Shown: piece after piece, positions 27,331 to 36,467 of the stretch
Position numbering within the stretch: the first letter of the stretch is position 1
How the letters are laid out: each line of letters begins with the position of its first letter
Virus record (IMG/VR): IMGVR_UViG_3300043400_000036
Coordinates: 1 to 39,122 of that record
Length of the DNA stretch: 39,122 nt
DNA from: a virus
Lineage: Duplodnaviria > Caudoviricetes
Reading direction: 5' to 3' (one strand)
Notes under the pieces: model-generated
The model's database searches: none
What the model was told of the DNA's origin: nothing
The model's input: only the letters and a program-made list of their open reading frames with translations
Made by a program: the position numbers and the translations under genes

Positions 27331-28416
27331 ATGGCTTTTGCAACCACGTCTTCGGGCGCAGCAGTCGGGCTGTGCGCGGCCGGTGCCTCACAGCCGGCGG
27401 TCAACACCTCGCGCCGCGAGGTGTTCGCCTACCTGCTGGCCACCGACCCGGATGGCGCCTGCCCACGCAACGGAATCATGGAGGCGCCCGCCGCCCTCGG
27501 CGCTCCTGCGGTGTTCCTGGGCGAAGACGGGGTGGCGATGGCAGCCGGCACGTACCGCACGGTGCCCCCCGCGCAGCAGGTCGTGGTGTGCTCGCCGATC
27601 GAGGTGGCCGCGCCGCCGCCGGTGGTCGTGTCGGGCGTGAGCTGCGCAGGCGCCCCCGTGCCGGTCACGGTCAACCAGGTCGTCCAGTCCGTCCCGCACC
27701 CGACCGCTGTGCAACTGGTGAAGGTCTGTGCGTCGGACACGCCGCTCGACCGCGAGGTGACGCTGCTGTGTGCGCCGGCTGGTGCCCAGGTCTGGGTCGT
27801 GACCCAGTGGCCGCAGGGGGCGCTGCCGGGCACGCCGCCGACGATCGATGCGTTCAACCTCGACGGCACCCCCTACACCGGCGCGGTGTCGGCACTGACG
27901 CGCTGCGCGACGAACGACTATGAGGTCGTGAGCCAGGCGGTCTGTGTGGGCGGTGTCAGCTACACCCGGACCACGTTCTTCGACGCGCAGACCCTGCTGG
28001 ACGTGGGCGTTGTGTGGCAGGACACGGCCGGCGCGGTGGTGCCGGCGCCCACCGGCGTCGCGGTGCTGGGCGCGTGCTCGACGGTCACGCCGGTCAAGGT
28101 CGCGTTCATGACGCTCGATCTGAGCCAGCCGTACCTGGGCGAAGGCCCGCTGCCGGTGCAGACCGTGGACGGCGGCACGCTGGTGACGATGCTGGGCGGC
28201 GGGGTCACGCTTCTGAGCGTCACGGCCAAGCAGGTCAAGGGCACGGGCATCCTGCGCGGTGCGCTGATCCTCAGTCCGCTGACACAGTTGCGCACGGGCG
28301 AAAGCATCTCCTGGTCCAGCCATGGGACTGACCAAGAGGACGGGCTGGACACCGCGTTCAGCATCGACGCGGGGGTGGGCGGGCGCACCACACTCACGAT
28401 CCTTTACCGCGCTTAA
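27331..28416 (+). CDS. putative virion structural protein (Val/Cys-rich, beta-rich)
   Basis: Composition and position in the late operon. Confidence 0.55.
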   Translation: MAFATTSSGAAVGLCAAGASQPAVNTSRREVFAYLLATDPDGACPRNGIMEAPAALGAPAVFLGEDGVAMAAGTYRTVPPAQQVVVCSPIEVAAPPPVVVSGVSCAGAPVPVTVNQVVQSVPHPTAVQLVKVCASDTPLDREVTLLCAPAGAQVWVVTQWPQGALPGTPPTIDAFNLDGTPYTGAVSALTRCATNDYEVVSQAVCVGGVSYTRTTFFDAQTLLDVGVVWQDTAGAVVPAPTGVAVLGACSTVTPVKVAFMTLDLSQPYLGEGPLPVQTVDGGTLVTMLGGGVTLLSVTAKQVKGTGILRGALILSPLTQLRTGESISWSSHGTDQEDGLDTAFSIDAGVGGRTTLTILYRA

Positions 28417-28436
28417 GTGAAACATCAGGAGCCACC

Positions 28437-28859
28437 ATGGCAGCATCTACCGGCAACATCGGGTTCGTCCCGCAGGCCGACAACGCCAAAGCGATCGGGG
28501 CCTACAAGGTCGTCATTCCGGCCGACGGCACGCCGCAGGTCGTCAACCCGACCGAACCGTACAACGCCGCGACCATCTACAACGGTGGCAGCGTGTTGGT
28601 GCGTGCGACCCTCGTGTTCGTCGCCGGCATCACCGGCAACGACACGGCGGCGACCCAGACCCAGCTCATCGACCCCGGCGCCACCCTGTCGTTCGACTTC
28701 ACGAAGTCCGACGGCCTGGTGAACGGCGAGCTGGGCGTCGTGGACACGATCACGTTCACCCCGGTGGCAACGCCGGCAGCGACGGCCGAAGCCTCGACGC
28801 TGACTGCGCTGACGGCCAACGCGGCGTGCCAACTGACCGTGAACCTGGTGCAGCCGTAA
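28437..28859 (+). CDS. putative structural protein
   Basis: AGGAG RBS; Thr/Ala/Val-rich 140 aa. Confidence 0.6.
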   Translation: MAASTGNIGFVPQADNAKAIGAYKVVIPADGTPQVVNPTEPYNAATIYNGGSVLVRATLVFVAGITGNDTAATQTQLIDPGATLSFDFTKSDGLVNGELGVVDTITFTPVATPAATAEASTLTALTANAACQLTVNLVQP

Positions 28860-28937
28860 GCACCCGCGCCTGGGGTATCCTAGGCGCCGAAGTCGTGGCT
28901 GGGAGTCCCTGGCCACGCAAGAACACAAGGAACCATC

Positions 28938-31541
28938 ATGTCCGCGTCCTTTGGCACTTCGCCCCCGCCCGCTCCCAACGACTTCTGGCGTGACCAGGCG
29001 GCTGGGGCGCTCCCGGACGGCACGCAGGACACGACGGAAGGCATCCGGCACGCGGGTACGGTTCACGTCGGCGCGTCCGCGACGGGGCCGACGAACTCGA
29101 CCACGCACCTCGGGGTGGTCGAGTTCCGAGGTCTGGGCAGCTTCCAGGTCCAGACCATCCAGACCACAATCCCAGCGGGCAGCGGCACGATGCCGGTGAT
29201 CCGGCTGCGCGGGAACGCCTATGGCGACCACGCGCTGATTGACGTGTCGATCGGGTTCTACACCTACACCGCGACGCAGATCATCAACCACTTCTGGGTT
29301 AGCAACGGCTCGACGCACCCGGCTCAGATCCGGCTTGGCCATGTCGGCGGCTTTGTGGCGATCGAAGTGACCTGGGCGCTCGCAGGGTACTACTACGGGT
29401 ACGTGGTGGACGCGGAGGCTGTGCAGCCCAACCTCAACGATGCGTGGTTCCAGAACTGGGCGGTCAGCACCGCAGCGATGGTCAGCCCGACCGACGAGGT
29501 GGTGGTGACGCCTGGGTTTCCGCTGCTGTCGCCGACCACGTTTGCACAGGCGCACCTGGACGGCGTGGCGACCTACTCCGTGTCCAACGAGCTGGCGTGG
29601 ACGGGTGTGATCCGGTACACCGGACCCGGCACGGGGGGCGATATGCCTGGCGGGCTGGCGAACTTCCTGCCGCTGCCCGTCGGCACGGTGGTGCCTGTCA
29701 GCGGCGGCGCGGCGCGCACCGTCACGGCAGCCGGCGCGGGCCATGCGCTTGGCGGCATTACCCTCGGGCGCTACGAAACGCTGTGGGGTTTCCTGCGCAG
29801 CAACGCGAGCGACGTGCTGCCGAACGAGTACCTGATTCAGCAGTATAGTGCCCCTGCCGGGGTGCTGGCGAATCCACCGGGGGCTGGCAAGGGTCGCTGG
29901 TTTCCGGTGGCGTTCGGCATGGAGGCATCGGTCAAGCTGGCCGACGGCAGCGTGATCACGCAGGGCGGCCGGGTCGGGCGGCACAGCCACATCCAGGCCA
30001 TGAACGACATGCACCAGCAGGAGGGCACGCAGCTCATCGGTTACTCGTTCAGCCCCGCGAACGGCGTGTTCGGGTTCACGGGCACCTACTACGTCGGGTT
30101 TGGGACCGGCGGGATGCTGGCGCTGGGCGGCTCCTACGAGTACATCAACGCCCCGGCGGTGGGCACGGTGGCACAGGGCTTCGGCGCAGCGACCAGTAAG
30201 ACCTGGCGGGCCATGACCGCAGCCGAGCGCCCGTGGGAGTTCGGCGAGGTCTACGGCGGCACGGGCGCGTATGACCTCAAGACTGACACGGCGGTCCTCG
30301 ACCTCGACGTGTACGACTCGCTGTACTGGGTGCCGGCGGTGACCGGCAGCGCGACCGGCTACTTTGCTGTGCGCAGCTACTACGACGTGTCCGTCGTGCC
30401 GTCGCACTGGCTGCGCCTGGCGACGCGACTGCCGTGGGTGGCGAACACGCGCCTGGTGCAGTGGAATGGGCAGGGTCTGCTGGAGCGGCAGTGCCTGTGG
30501 GCAGGCAACGTGGACCAGGAGCTGCGCACGGCCGCTGCGCTCAAGCACATCACAGCCAATGGGCAGGTGTCGTGCCGCCTGACGCCGGCCAACGCGTTCG
30601 CGGGCACGGGCGCGGATGGTGTTGACGGGACGGGGCAGACCCAGGGCACCTACGTGGGCTGGCCGGACAACACGATGATGGCGGGCATGGCGTCCAACCA
30701 CCTGGGCGAAATGAACTTCGTGTGGCTGAACCTGCCGCCGGTGGGCACGGAGATTCCGATCCTCAACAGCACCGCGACACGGGTGGTGATCGACATGGAT
30801 GGCACGCGGCACGTCGGGCTGAACGCCTGGCAGTCGCTGGTCTATATCCCCGCCCCGCTGGTTGGCAGCACCACGGCGGTGGCGCGGGGGTGGGTCATCG
30901 TGGACTACACCGTGCCCCGGTTCTTGCCAGCCCACGCGCTGTTCGCTGCGCAGATGTCCGCAGGCGGCAACGCGAGCGCGGCCGGCGGCGTGAACGGCAC
31001 GCACGTCAAGATGGGCGACGGCACTTACGTGCATCCGGGGCTGTACGTGCCGGATGCCCCAGGCGCCTACGGGGACCAGGGGCAGGGCACGGCGCTCGAC
31101 TGGCGGGCGATCACGCTCGCAGGCCAGACCCCGCCAGGCACTGGCACGTCGGCGATCCCTGCGGTCGCAGGACTGGCAGCCGGTGGGCAGACCCCGGCGT
31201 TCCGTGTGCTCGCCAGCGGATCGGTCAGCCAGCCCGTCGTCATGCTGCGCGGCGCGGTCACGATCAGCAGTGAGGTCGCCAGCGGCGCGTTGATCGGGTT
31301 CATGCCGGGGCAGCAGGTCTACGACGTGATGCGCGTCGCAGTACCGTGCTTCCACGGCACGAACACGAACGTGCCGGGGTCGGCGGTGCTGGAGTTCTCG
31401 AACGGTACGGCCGGTGGATCGAACGGGGTACTGATCCGCTGCTACGGCGCCAGCCTGGCAAACATCGCGGCAGACAACGGTGGCCCGCACGGTCCCGGTG
31501 GCTTCATCTCGCTCGACAACGTGGCGCTCCAGCGCGGATGA
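28938..31541 (+). CDS. tail fibre / receptor-binding-like protein with three internal repeats
   Basis: 867 aa, Gly/aromatic-rich; three P.VGT...(Y/W).(S/T)L units; C-terminal ISLDNV as in fibre tip domains. Confidence 0.65.
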   Translation: MSASFGTSPPPAPNDFWRDQAAGALPDGTQDTTEGIRHAGTVHVGASATGPTNSTTHLGVVEFRGLGSFQVQTIQTTIPAGSGTMPVIRLRGNAYGDHALIDVSIGFYTYTATQIINHFWVSNGSTHPAQIRLGHVGGFVAIEVTWALAGYYYGYVVDAEAVQPNLNDAWFQNWAVSTAAMVSPTDEVVVTPGFPLLSPTTFAQAHLDGVATYSVSNELAWTGVIRYTGPGTGGDMPGGLANFLPLPVGTVVPVSGGAARTVTAAGAGHALGGITLGRYETLWGFLRSNASDVLPNEYLIQQYSAPAGVLANPPGAGKGRWFPVAFGMEASVKLADGSVITQGGRVGRHSHIQAMNDMHQQEGTQLIGYSFSPANGVFGFTGTYYVGFGTGGMLALGGSYEYINAPAVGTVAQGFGAATSKTWRAMTAAERPWEFGEVYGGTGAYDLKTDTAVLDLDVYDSLYWVPAVTGSATGYFAVRSYYDVSVVPSHWLRLATRLPWVANTRLVQWNGQGLLERQCLWAGNVDQELRTAAALKHITANGQVSCRLTPANAFAGTGADGVDGTGQTQGTYVGWPDNTMMAGMASNHLGEMNFVWLNLPPVGTEIPILNSTATRVVIDMDGTRHVGLNAWQSLVYIPAPLVGSTTAVARGWVIVDYTVPRFLPAHALFAAQMSAGGNASAAGGVNGTHVKMGDGTYVHPGLYVPDAPGAYGDQGQGTALDWRAITLAGQTPPGTGTSAIPAVAGLAAGGQTPAFRVLASGSVSQPVVMLRGAVTISSEVASGALIGFMPGQQVYDVMRVAVPCFHGTNTNVPGSAVLEFSNGTAGGSNGVLIRCYGASLANIAADNGGPHGPGGFISLDNVALQRG

Positions 31542-31591
31542 TTCTGCGGTAGAGTACGTACTTCTAGCAACTGACAGGCTTGGAAACCACC

Positions 31592-31852
31592 ATGAGCAAA
31601 CAGCACGTAAGCTACAGTTCCTTGCGCGAGCGCATCGCCACCCGAGCCAACCTGCGGCACAAGCAGGTTGACGGCGCCTTCAGCGCCCTGGCCGCCGAGC
31701 TGGCCGCACTGCCTGTTGGCGGCACGCTGGCGGTGCGCGACCTCGGGCGATTCACCAAGGTCACCCGCAAGGCCCGCCTCGTCAAGTCGCTCACGGGCCA
31801 GGTCGTCATGACCAAGCCCCGCGATGTCGTGACGTTCAAGGCCCGCAAGTGA
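31592..31852 (+). CDS. HU/IHF-family DNA-binding protein
   Basis: LRERIA......QVD...AL...GGTLAVRDLGRF....RKAR...SLTGQ....PR.VVTFKA.K matches the HU fold. Confidence 0.85.
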   Translation: MSKQHVSYSSLRERIATRANLRHKQVDGAFSALAAELAALPVGGTLAVRDLGRFTKVTRKARLVKSLTGQVVMTKPRDVVTFKARK

Positions 31853-31860
31853 GTGCGCAC

Positions 31861-31889
31861 TTGCACTATCGCGGCTGACGTGATAGTGT
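31861..31889 (+). promoter_or_regulatory. sigma70-like promoter overlapped by a dyad
   Basis: TTGCAC-17 nt-TAGTGT, with the inverted repeat CACTATC...GATAGTG spanning it. Confidence 0.45.
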
Positions 31890-31918
31890 TCAGGCCATTG
31901 ATACCGTGAGGCGCAACA

Positions 31919-33526
31919 ATGTCCTGTGCAACCACCCCTTCGCAGATCCTCGTCGCCATGTCGGCGCTGACCCCGGCGCAGCGTGCGTTGCTGCCGGGGC
32001 AGTCGCCCGCAGACGCAGGTGCGAACTTCAACGCGTACCTGGCGACGCAAAATCTCGACGACGGCGCAGTCCTGGGTGTGCAGGGCGATCAGCTTGTCGC
32101 ACTGCCGGGCACCACGATCACGGACCAGAACCAGGTGTTCCAGGGCTGCAAGACCTTCGAGTCGGGCCTGACTGGCGGTGACGCGATCCACGCGACGGGC
32201 CCCTACGCCTGCTACCCCGACACCGCTGGCGCCGCGCTGGTCGGCCCGACGCCGAACACCGCTGGTGCGTTCACCGGCTACGGCGCCAATGCTGCGATGG
32301 GCGCGGACAACCAGTGGCACGTTGGCTACCACAACGGCGGGAACGGCGCGTCGCTGGAGCTGACCAACCGCGACGGCGATGTGCATCGGTTCACCCGCCC
32401 GAACGCTGGCGGCGCTGCTGGCGTCGTCCCGTTCAGCGAGTTCAAGCGCACGAGCATCACGCAAGTCCTGGCGGGCGGCCTGTTCGCCGAGGTGTTTGGC
32501 GCGGATACGTCGCCGTTCGGTACCACGTCCACCGGCTCCGGCCAGGGCGAGAACGCCCGCGTGCAGATCAACCCCGGCGCGGGGCAGGTCGGTCTGGCTA
32601 TCACCGCCGCTGACAACCTCCTTGCCCTCGTGGCCCGGGGGAGCGGCAGCGCCAGCACCGGCGCCGCGCTTTATGCGCAGGCCAGTGGCGCCGCCCGCGC
32701 CATCGCGGTGGACAGCACGTCCACCAACAACTCGATCCACATGCGCACCACAGGCACCGGCGGCGGTGTCTACATCGAACGTGCCGCGACCGTCCCGGCC
32801 ACGCATGCGCTGGTGGTGAACGACTCGACCGGCGAAGTCACCGGCTCGGACACGATCTACGCGGTCAGTGGCATGGGCACCACGACGCCGGCCACCTCGG
32901 GCCGCGTGCTGAACGTGGTGTCCGGCCCGAACGGCACCCGCCCGGTGGCCGTCGAAATCACGCAGGTGGCTGCCAACACGACCTGGGCGCTGTCCACCAA
33001 CGGCGCGATCTTCGCGGCCGGCGGCGTGACCACCTCGGACAAGCGCCTGAAGCGCAACATCAAGGAGCTGGACACCGACGCGGCCATCGCGCTGCAGAAG
33101 GGTGTCACGTTCTACGAGTACGACAAGCTGCTGGACTCAGCCACGGTCGAAGCGGTGCAGGAGCAACTGCGTGCTGAGGGTGCGCGGAACCTGAAGGATG
33201 CGGCCGAGAACGCCTCGTCGTTCAAAGGTGCGGCCTGGGACGCGCTGGACCCGGAAGAGCAGACGAAGCGCCTGGAAGCGAACCAGCGCCTGCGCGACGC
33301 CGGCACGATCCGCGTCAACACCCGCCTCGACCTGAGCGATTCGGCGCTTCGCATTGCGCACCAGTCCGGCGTCATTGCCCAGGAGCTGCGTGCGCTGACG
33401 AAGGAGATCGGCGCGTTTGGGTGGTTGGTCACGCAGCGCAACGGCACGCTGGCCGTGGACTATGACAGCCTGTTCAGTATCCTGCAACACGCCACGCAGG
33501 CGCGTCTGGCGAAGGCAGGGTTCTGA
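31919..33526 (+). CDS. tail fibre/spike with C-terminal peptidase S74 intramolecular chaperone
   Basis: TTSDKRLKRNIK autocleavage motif, GVIAQEL, LAVDY. Confidence 0.85.
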   Translation: MSCATTPSQILVAMSALTPAQRALLPGQSPADAGANFNAYLATQNLDDGAVLGVQGDQLVALPGTTITDQNQVFQGCKTFESGLTGGDAIHATGPYACYPDTAGAALVGPTPNTAGAFTGYGANAAMGADNQWHVGYHNGGNGASLELTNRDGDVHRFTRPNAGGAAGVVPFSEFKRTSITQVLAGGLFAEVFGADTSPFGTTSTGSGQGENARVQINPGAGQVGLAITAADNLLALVARGSGSASTGAALYAQASGAARAIAVDSTSTNNSIHMRTTGTGGGVYIERAATVPATHALVVNDSTGEVTGSDTIYAVSGMGTTTPATSGRVLNVVSGPNGTRPVAVEITQVAANTTWALSTNGAIFAAGGVTTSDKRLKRNIKELDTDAAIALQKGVTFYEYDKLLDSATVEAVQEQLRAEGARNLKDAAENASSFKGAAWDALDPEEQTKRLEANQRLRDAGTIRVNTRLDLSDSALRIAHQSGVIAQELRALTKEIGAFGWLVTQRNGTLAVDYDSLFSILQHATQARLAKAGF

Positions 33527-33528
33527 TC

Positions 33529-33816
33529 ATGGGCATCGACAAGCTCTACCATCTCACGGCGGGGGCGCTCGCCGCCTTCGTCGGGTTTGTACTGGGCAAC
33601 CAGATCGGCGCGGTCGCGCTGGCGACGGTGGCTGCAGTAGGCAAGGAAGTCTACGACTGGGTGTACAACCGCGTCACCGGCACGCAGGCGCACACCCCGG
33701 ACCCGGCTGACGCACTGTTCACGGTGTTCGGCGCGGTGCCGGTGCTGTTGCTGCTGACGCATGTACCGGTCTTCGGGCCTGTGTTGATTACCCTGCGCGG
33801 GTGGCTGGGGCTGTGA
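33529..33816 (+). CDS. small membrane protein (DKxxH...KExxD...D family)
   Basis: DKLYH, GKEVYD, D.ADA motifs with three hydrophobic segments. Confidence 0.7.
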   Translation: MGIDKLYHLTAGALAAFVGFVLGNQIGAVALATVAAVGKEVYDWVYNRVTGTQAHTPDPADALFTVFGAVPVLLLLTHVPVFGPVLITLRGWLGL

Positions 33817-34214
33817 TGTCCACGACGCCACGCGATCACCACTTCATTGCCGGGGCCGGCTACATCGCCCTGGTCGTGCTCATCGTCGGGTTCCTGGTCA
33901 CGGTGGACATCCCCGCGAACAACGCCCCACTGGCGAACACCCTGCTTGGCGTGCTGATCGGTGGCATAGCCCCGTCCGTCACGCGGTTGCTTGGCAAGGG
34001 CGACGAAGAGCTGGCGAAGCAGCGAAGCGAGTGCGACGAGCGGATCGCCGAGCTGCAGCACGACCTGGCGCTGATCACTGAAGCCCACAAGGCGCTGAAG
34101 GCCCAGCACGACCGGCTGGTGGCGATGCTGGTGCAGCAGATGCCCCTGGCGAACGGCACTCGCGTGAAAGACTTCAGCGACACACTGCCTGCGGAGGGCC
34201 TGTTCGGTGCATAA
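33816..34214 (+). CDS. membrane protein with coiled-coil tail (holin-like)
   Basis: Two transmembrane-like segments around DIPANN, then a coiled coil; TGATG coupling. Confidence 0.6.
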   Translation: MSTTPRDHHFIAGAGYIALVVLIVGFLVTVDIPANNAPLANTLLGVLIGGIAPSVTRLLGKGDEELAKQRSECDERIAELQHDLALITEAHKALKAQHDRLVAMLVQQMPLANGTRVKDFSDTLPAEGLFGA

Positions 34215-34215
34215 C

Positions 34216-34956
34216 ATGATCACGTCTACCTGCGCCACCTCGGCGCCGGCCACGACCCAGACGACGCCCGGCGCCATCCTGGAGCGCAGCCAGACCGCGC
34301 TGTCCTCGCGCATGTTCCAGATTGGCGCTGACAGCGCCCTGTTGATCACCGCCAAGGGTCTCACGGCCGGCGATTTCATCTCGATCGTCCGCGTGGATGT
34401 GACCAGCACGCCGGGCGTGGCGGCCCACGGCGGCTGCTGCACCTCGGTCGCCGAGGTGGTCACGCTGATTGACGGGGCAGCGCCCACGAACTACGCGCTG
34501 ACGCCTTGCGCGTCACGGGCGGCGATCAGCGAGCCGGGCGTCTACTACGCGGTGCTGCTGGCGCCGACTGCGGCCGGCGGTATCGAACTGGTGACGACTC
34601 CGATCACGGTCGAACAGGCTGTCAGCTTCCGTCAGGTGTGCAACTGCCCACCAGAGGTGCGTGCCACGGACGCAAATGGGCTGCTGCAGCTCAACGTGCC
34701 GCCCGGCTACGTCGCGCAGGTGACCGCCGTGGCGCCGCCCGACACGGCCGTGAATGCCATGACGGCAGTGGACGGCGCGTTGCTGCCGGTCACGGATGCT
34801 GACGACTGCTGCGTGTGCGCCGCGAACGTGGACACGACGCCCGTAGCGCCCGTATCCATGTTGATCGACGCGCCCGGCCCGTACACCATTACCACGTTCC
34901 CAGCCCGCGCCGACATGCGCGTGCTGGTCACCCTGCGCTGTGCCTGCGGCTGCTGA
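34216..34956 (+). CDS. Cys-rich putative structural protein
   Basis: Two similar halves (GGCC...PGVY / DCC...PGPY); ends in CACGC. Confidence 0.6.
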   Translation: MITSTCATSAPATTQTTPGAILERSQTALSSRMFQIGADSALLITAKGLTAGDFISIVRVDVTSTPGVAAHGGCCTSVAEVVTLIDGAAPTNYALTPCASRAAISEPGVYYAVLLAPTAAGGIELVTTPITVEQAVSFRQVCNCPPEVRATDANGLLQLNVPPGYVAQVTAVAPPDTAVNAMTAVDGALLPVTDADDCCVCAANVDTTPVAPVSMLIDAPGPYTITTFPARADMRVLVTLRCACGC

Positions 34957-34967
34957 AGGAGTCCACT

Positions 34968-35159
34968 ATGTCCTGCCCGACCTGCAACAAGATGGCTGTC
35001 AAGCCCGCGTCGTCCACGGGGATGACGCGAAAGTCCACGAACACGACGAACTGGGGCACCCCCTCGGTCGTCACGCATGTTCGACCGTCCAGCCAGAACG
35101 GCGGCATGGCCGCTGCGGCACGCGGCAACACCGCTGCAGCCGCGAAGGCTGGCAAGTAA
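34968..35159 (+). CDS. small basic protein (MSCPTCNK...)
   Basis: AAGGAG RBS; 63 aa. Confidence 0.6.
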   Translation: MSCPTCNKMAVKPASSTGMTRKSTNTTNWGTPSVVTHVRPSSQNGGMAAAARGNTAAAAKAGK

Positions 35160-35188
35160 ACCACCATCTCATCCCACCGGAGATGCCC

Positions 35189-35389
35189 ATGAAACCGATC
35201 ATCTTGAGCGAGGTGCTGAAGTCACACCTCACCCCGCAGATGAAGGAAGAGCTGACTGCGTTCTTCCGTCGTCAGCACCGGGAAGCCCTCGACGCCCTCG
35301 TGGCCGCCGAGGGGTCTGATGTGCCGCGCCTGCAGGGCGCGATTTCGACGCTGCGCAGCGTGGCCCCGCAGATGGGGGTGACGCTGTGA
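35189..35389 (+). CDS. small pre-scaffold protein (RLQG motif)
   Basis: GGAG RBS; helical with VPRLQG; immediately precedes the scaffold gene, as in many podoviruses. Confidence 0.6.
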   Translation: MKPIILSEVLKSHLTPQMKEELTAFFRRQHREALDALVAAEGSDVPRLQGAISTLRSVAPQMGVTL

Positions 35390-36456
35390 ACGCCCGCGAA
35401 CGCCTTCTCGCTCGCCGTCAGGCCGCCCGCGACTCGCTCGCCCAGCAGGCTGGTATCACGGAAGCCACGCCGGTGGGCGCGGCCCCCGCGCAGGTCGCGG
35501 CCCCGGTGTCTGCGCCGGCCCCTGCCCCTGCCCCTGCCCCCGCCCAGGTCGTGGCCGCTGCGCCCGCCCATACCCCCGCACCCGCCCCGGTCGTGGCCGC
35601 CGCGCCCGCGCAGGCCCCCGCGCCGGTGGCCGCCCCGCAGCTCACGGAGCCGCTGTGGCTGACCAACGTGCCGGATGTCACGGCGCCGGCCCCCGCGCCG
35701 GTGAGCGATGTGGCCGCCGAGCTGGCGCGTCAGGCCGCTGAAGCCGCCCGGCTGCGCATCGCGCATGAGCGGGCCGAGGCCGAAATCGCGGCGCTGCGTG
35801 CTTCGCTGCAGGCACCGGCCCCCGCGCCGGCCCCGGTGCGCAAGCGCCTGAGCGAAGCCATCGAGTTCGACAAGCTGACGGGCGGCAACGTCGATCCCGA
35901 CACACTGCGCGAGGTGGCGGTGGCACTCGATCCTGCGATCGAGGCGCTGCTGGCCGCCCGCATGGCCGAGGAAGTCGCGCCACTGCAGGCCCGGCTCGTC
36001 GCCACCGACCAGGCCACCGCGCAGCAGAAGCAGCGCACCTTCGAGGACGCTGCGTTCGCCCGCGTGCCGCACCTGAAGCGGATCATCGACGACCCGCGAT
36101 TCAAGACGTTCCTGAGCACCGAAGTGCCCCACGTCGGGTCGCAGTTCGTGGACGCCTACAACCGCCACCTCGAAACCCACAACGTCGATGGCGTGGCATG
36201 GGTGGCCGAGCAATTCGCGCAGTACACCCGTAGCGGTGCTGCGCCTCTCGCCGCCCTGGCCGAGACGCCTCGGGTCGGCAACCAAACCACCGCGCAAGCG
36301 GTGCCGCAGGCAGCCACGTTCACGCCCGACTCGTTCGCGGGTCAGGTGGCGGCTCTGCGTCGCAAGTTCCAATCCCGATCCATCTCGGGTGCGGAATTCA
36401 GTCGGCAGCTCGGTGAGCTGCGCAACATGGCTATGGGCACTGGCGCCCAGGTCTGA
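35386..36456 (+). CDS. capsid scaffolding protein (probable)
   Basis: Ala/Pro-rich N-terminus, coiled coils, P....I..DPRF..FL; directly upstream of the capsid gene. Confidence 0.7.
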   Translation: MNARERLLARRQAARDSLAQQAGITEATPVGAAPAQVAAPVSAPAPAPAPAPAQVVAAAPAHTPAPAPVVAAAPAQAPAPVAAPQLTEPLWLTNVPDVTAPAPAPVSDVAAELARQAAEAARLRIAHERAEAEIAALRASLQAPAPAPAPVRKRLSEAIEFDKLTGGNVDPDTLREVAVALDPAIEALLAARMAEEVAPLQARLVATDQATAQQKQRTFEDAAFARVPHLKRIIDDPRFKTFLSTEVPHVGSQFVDAYNRHLETHNVDGVAWVAEQFAQYTRSGAAPLAALAETPRVGNQTTAQAVPQAATFTPDSFAGQVAALRRKFQSRSISGAEFSRQLGELRNMAMGTGAQV

Positions 36457-36467
36457 AGGAGAGAAAC

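Noticed and set aside
28938-33526. Diversity-generating retroelement targeting the fibres
   Set aside because: No reverse transcriptase and no TR/VR duplicate were seen in this window.
35470-35840. GCCCC(T/G)-type repeats as a DNA element
   Set aside because: They are explained by Ala-Pro linker coding in the scaffold protein.
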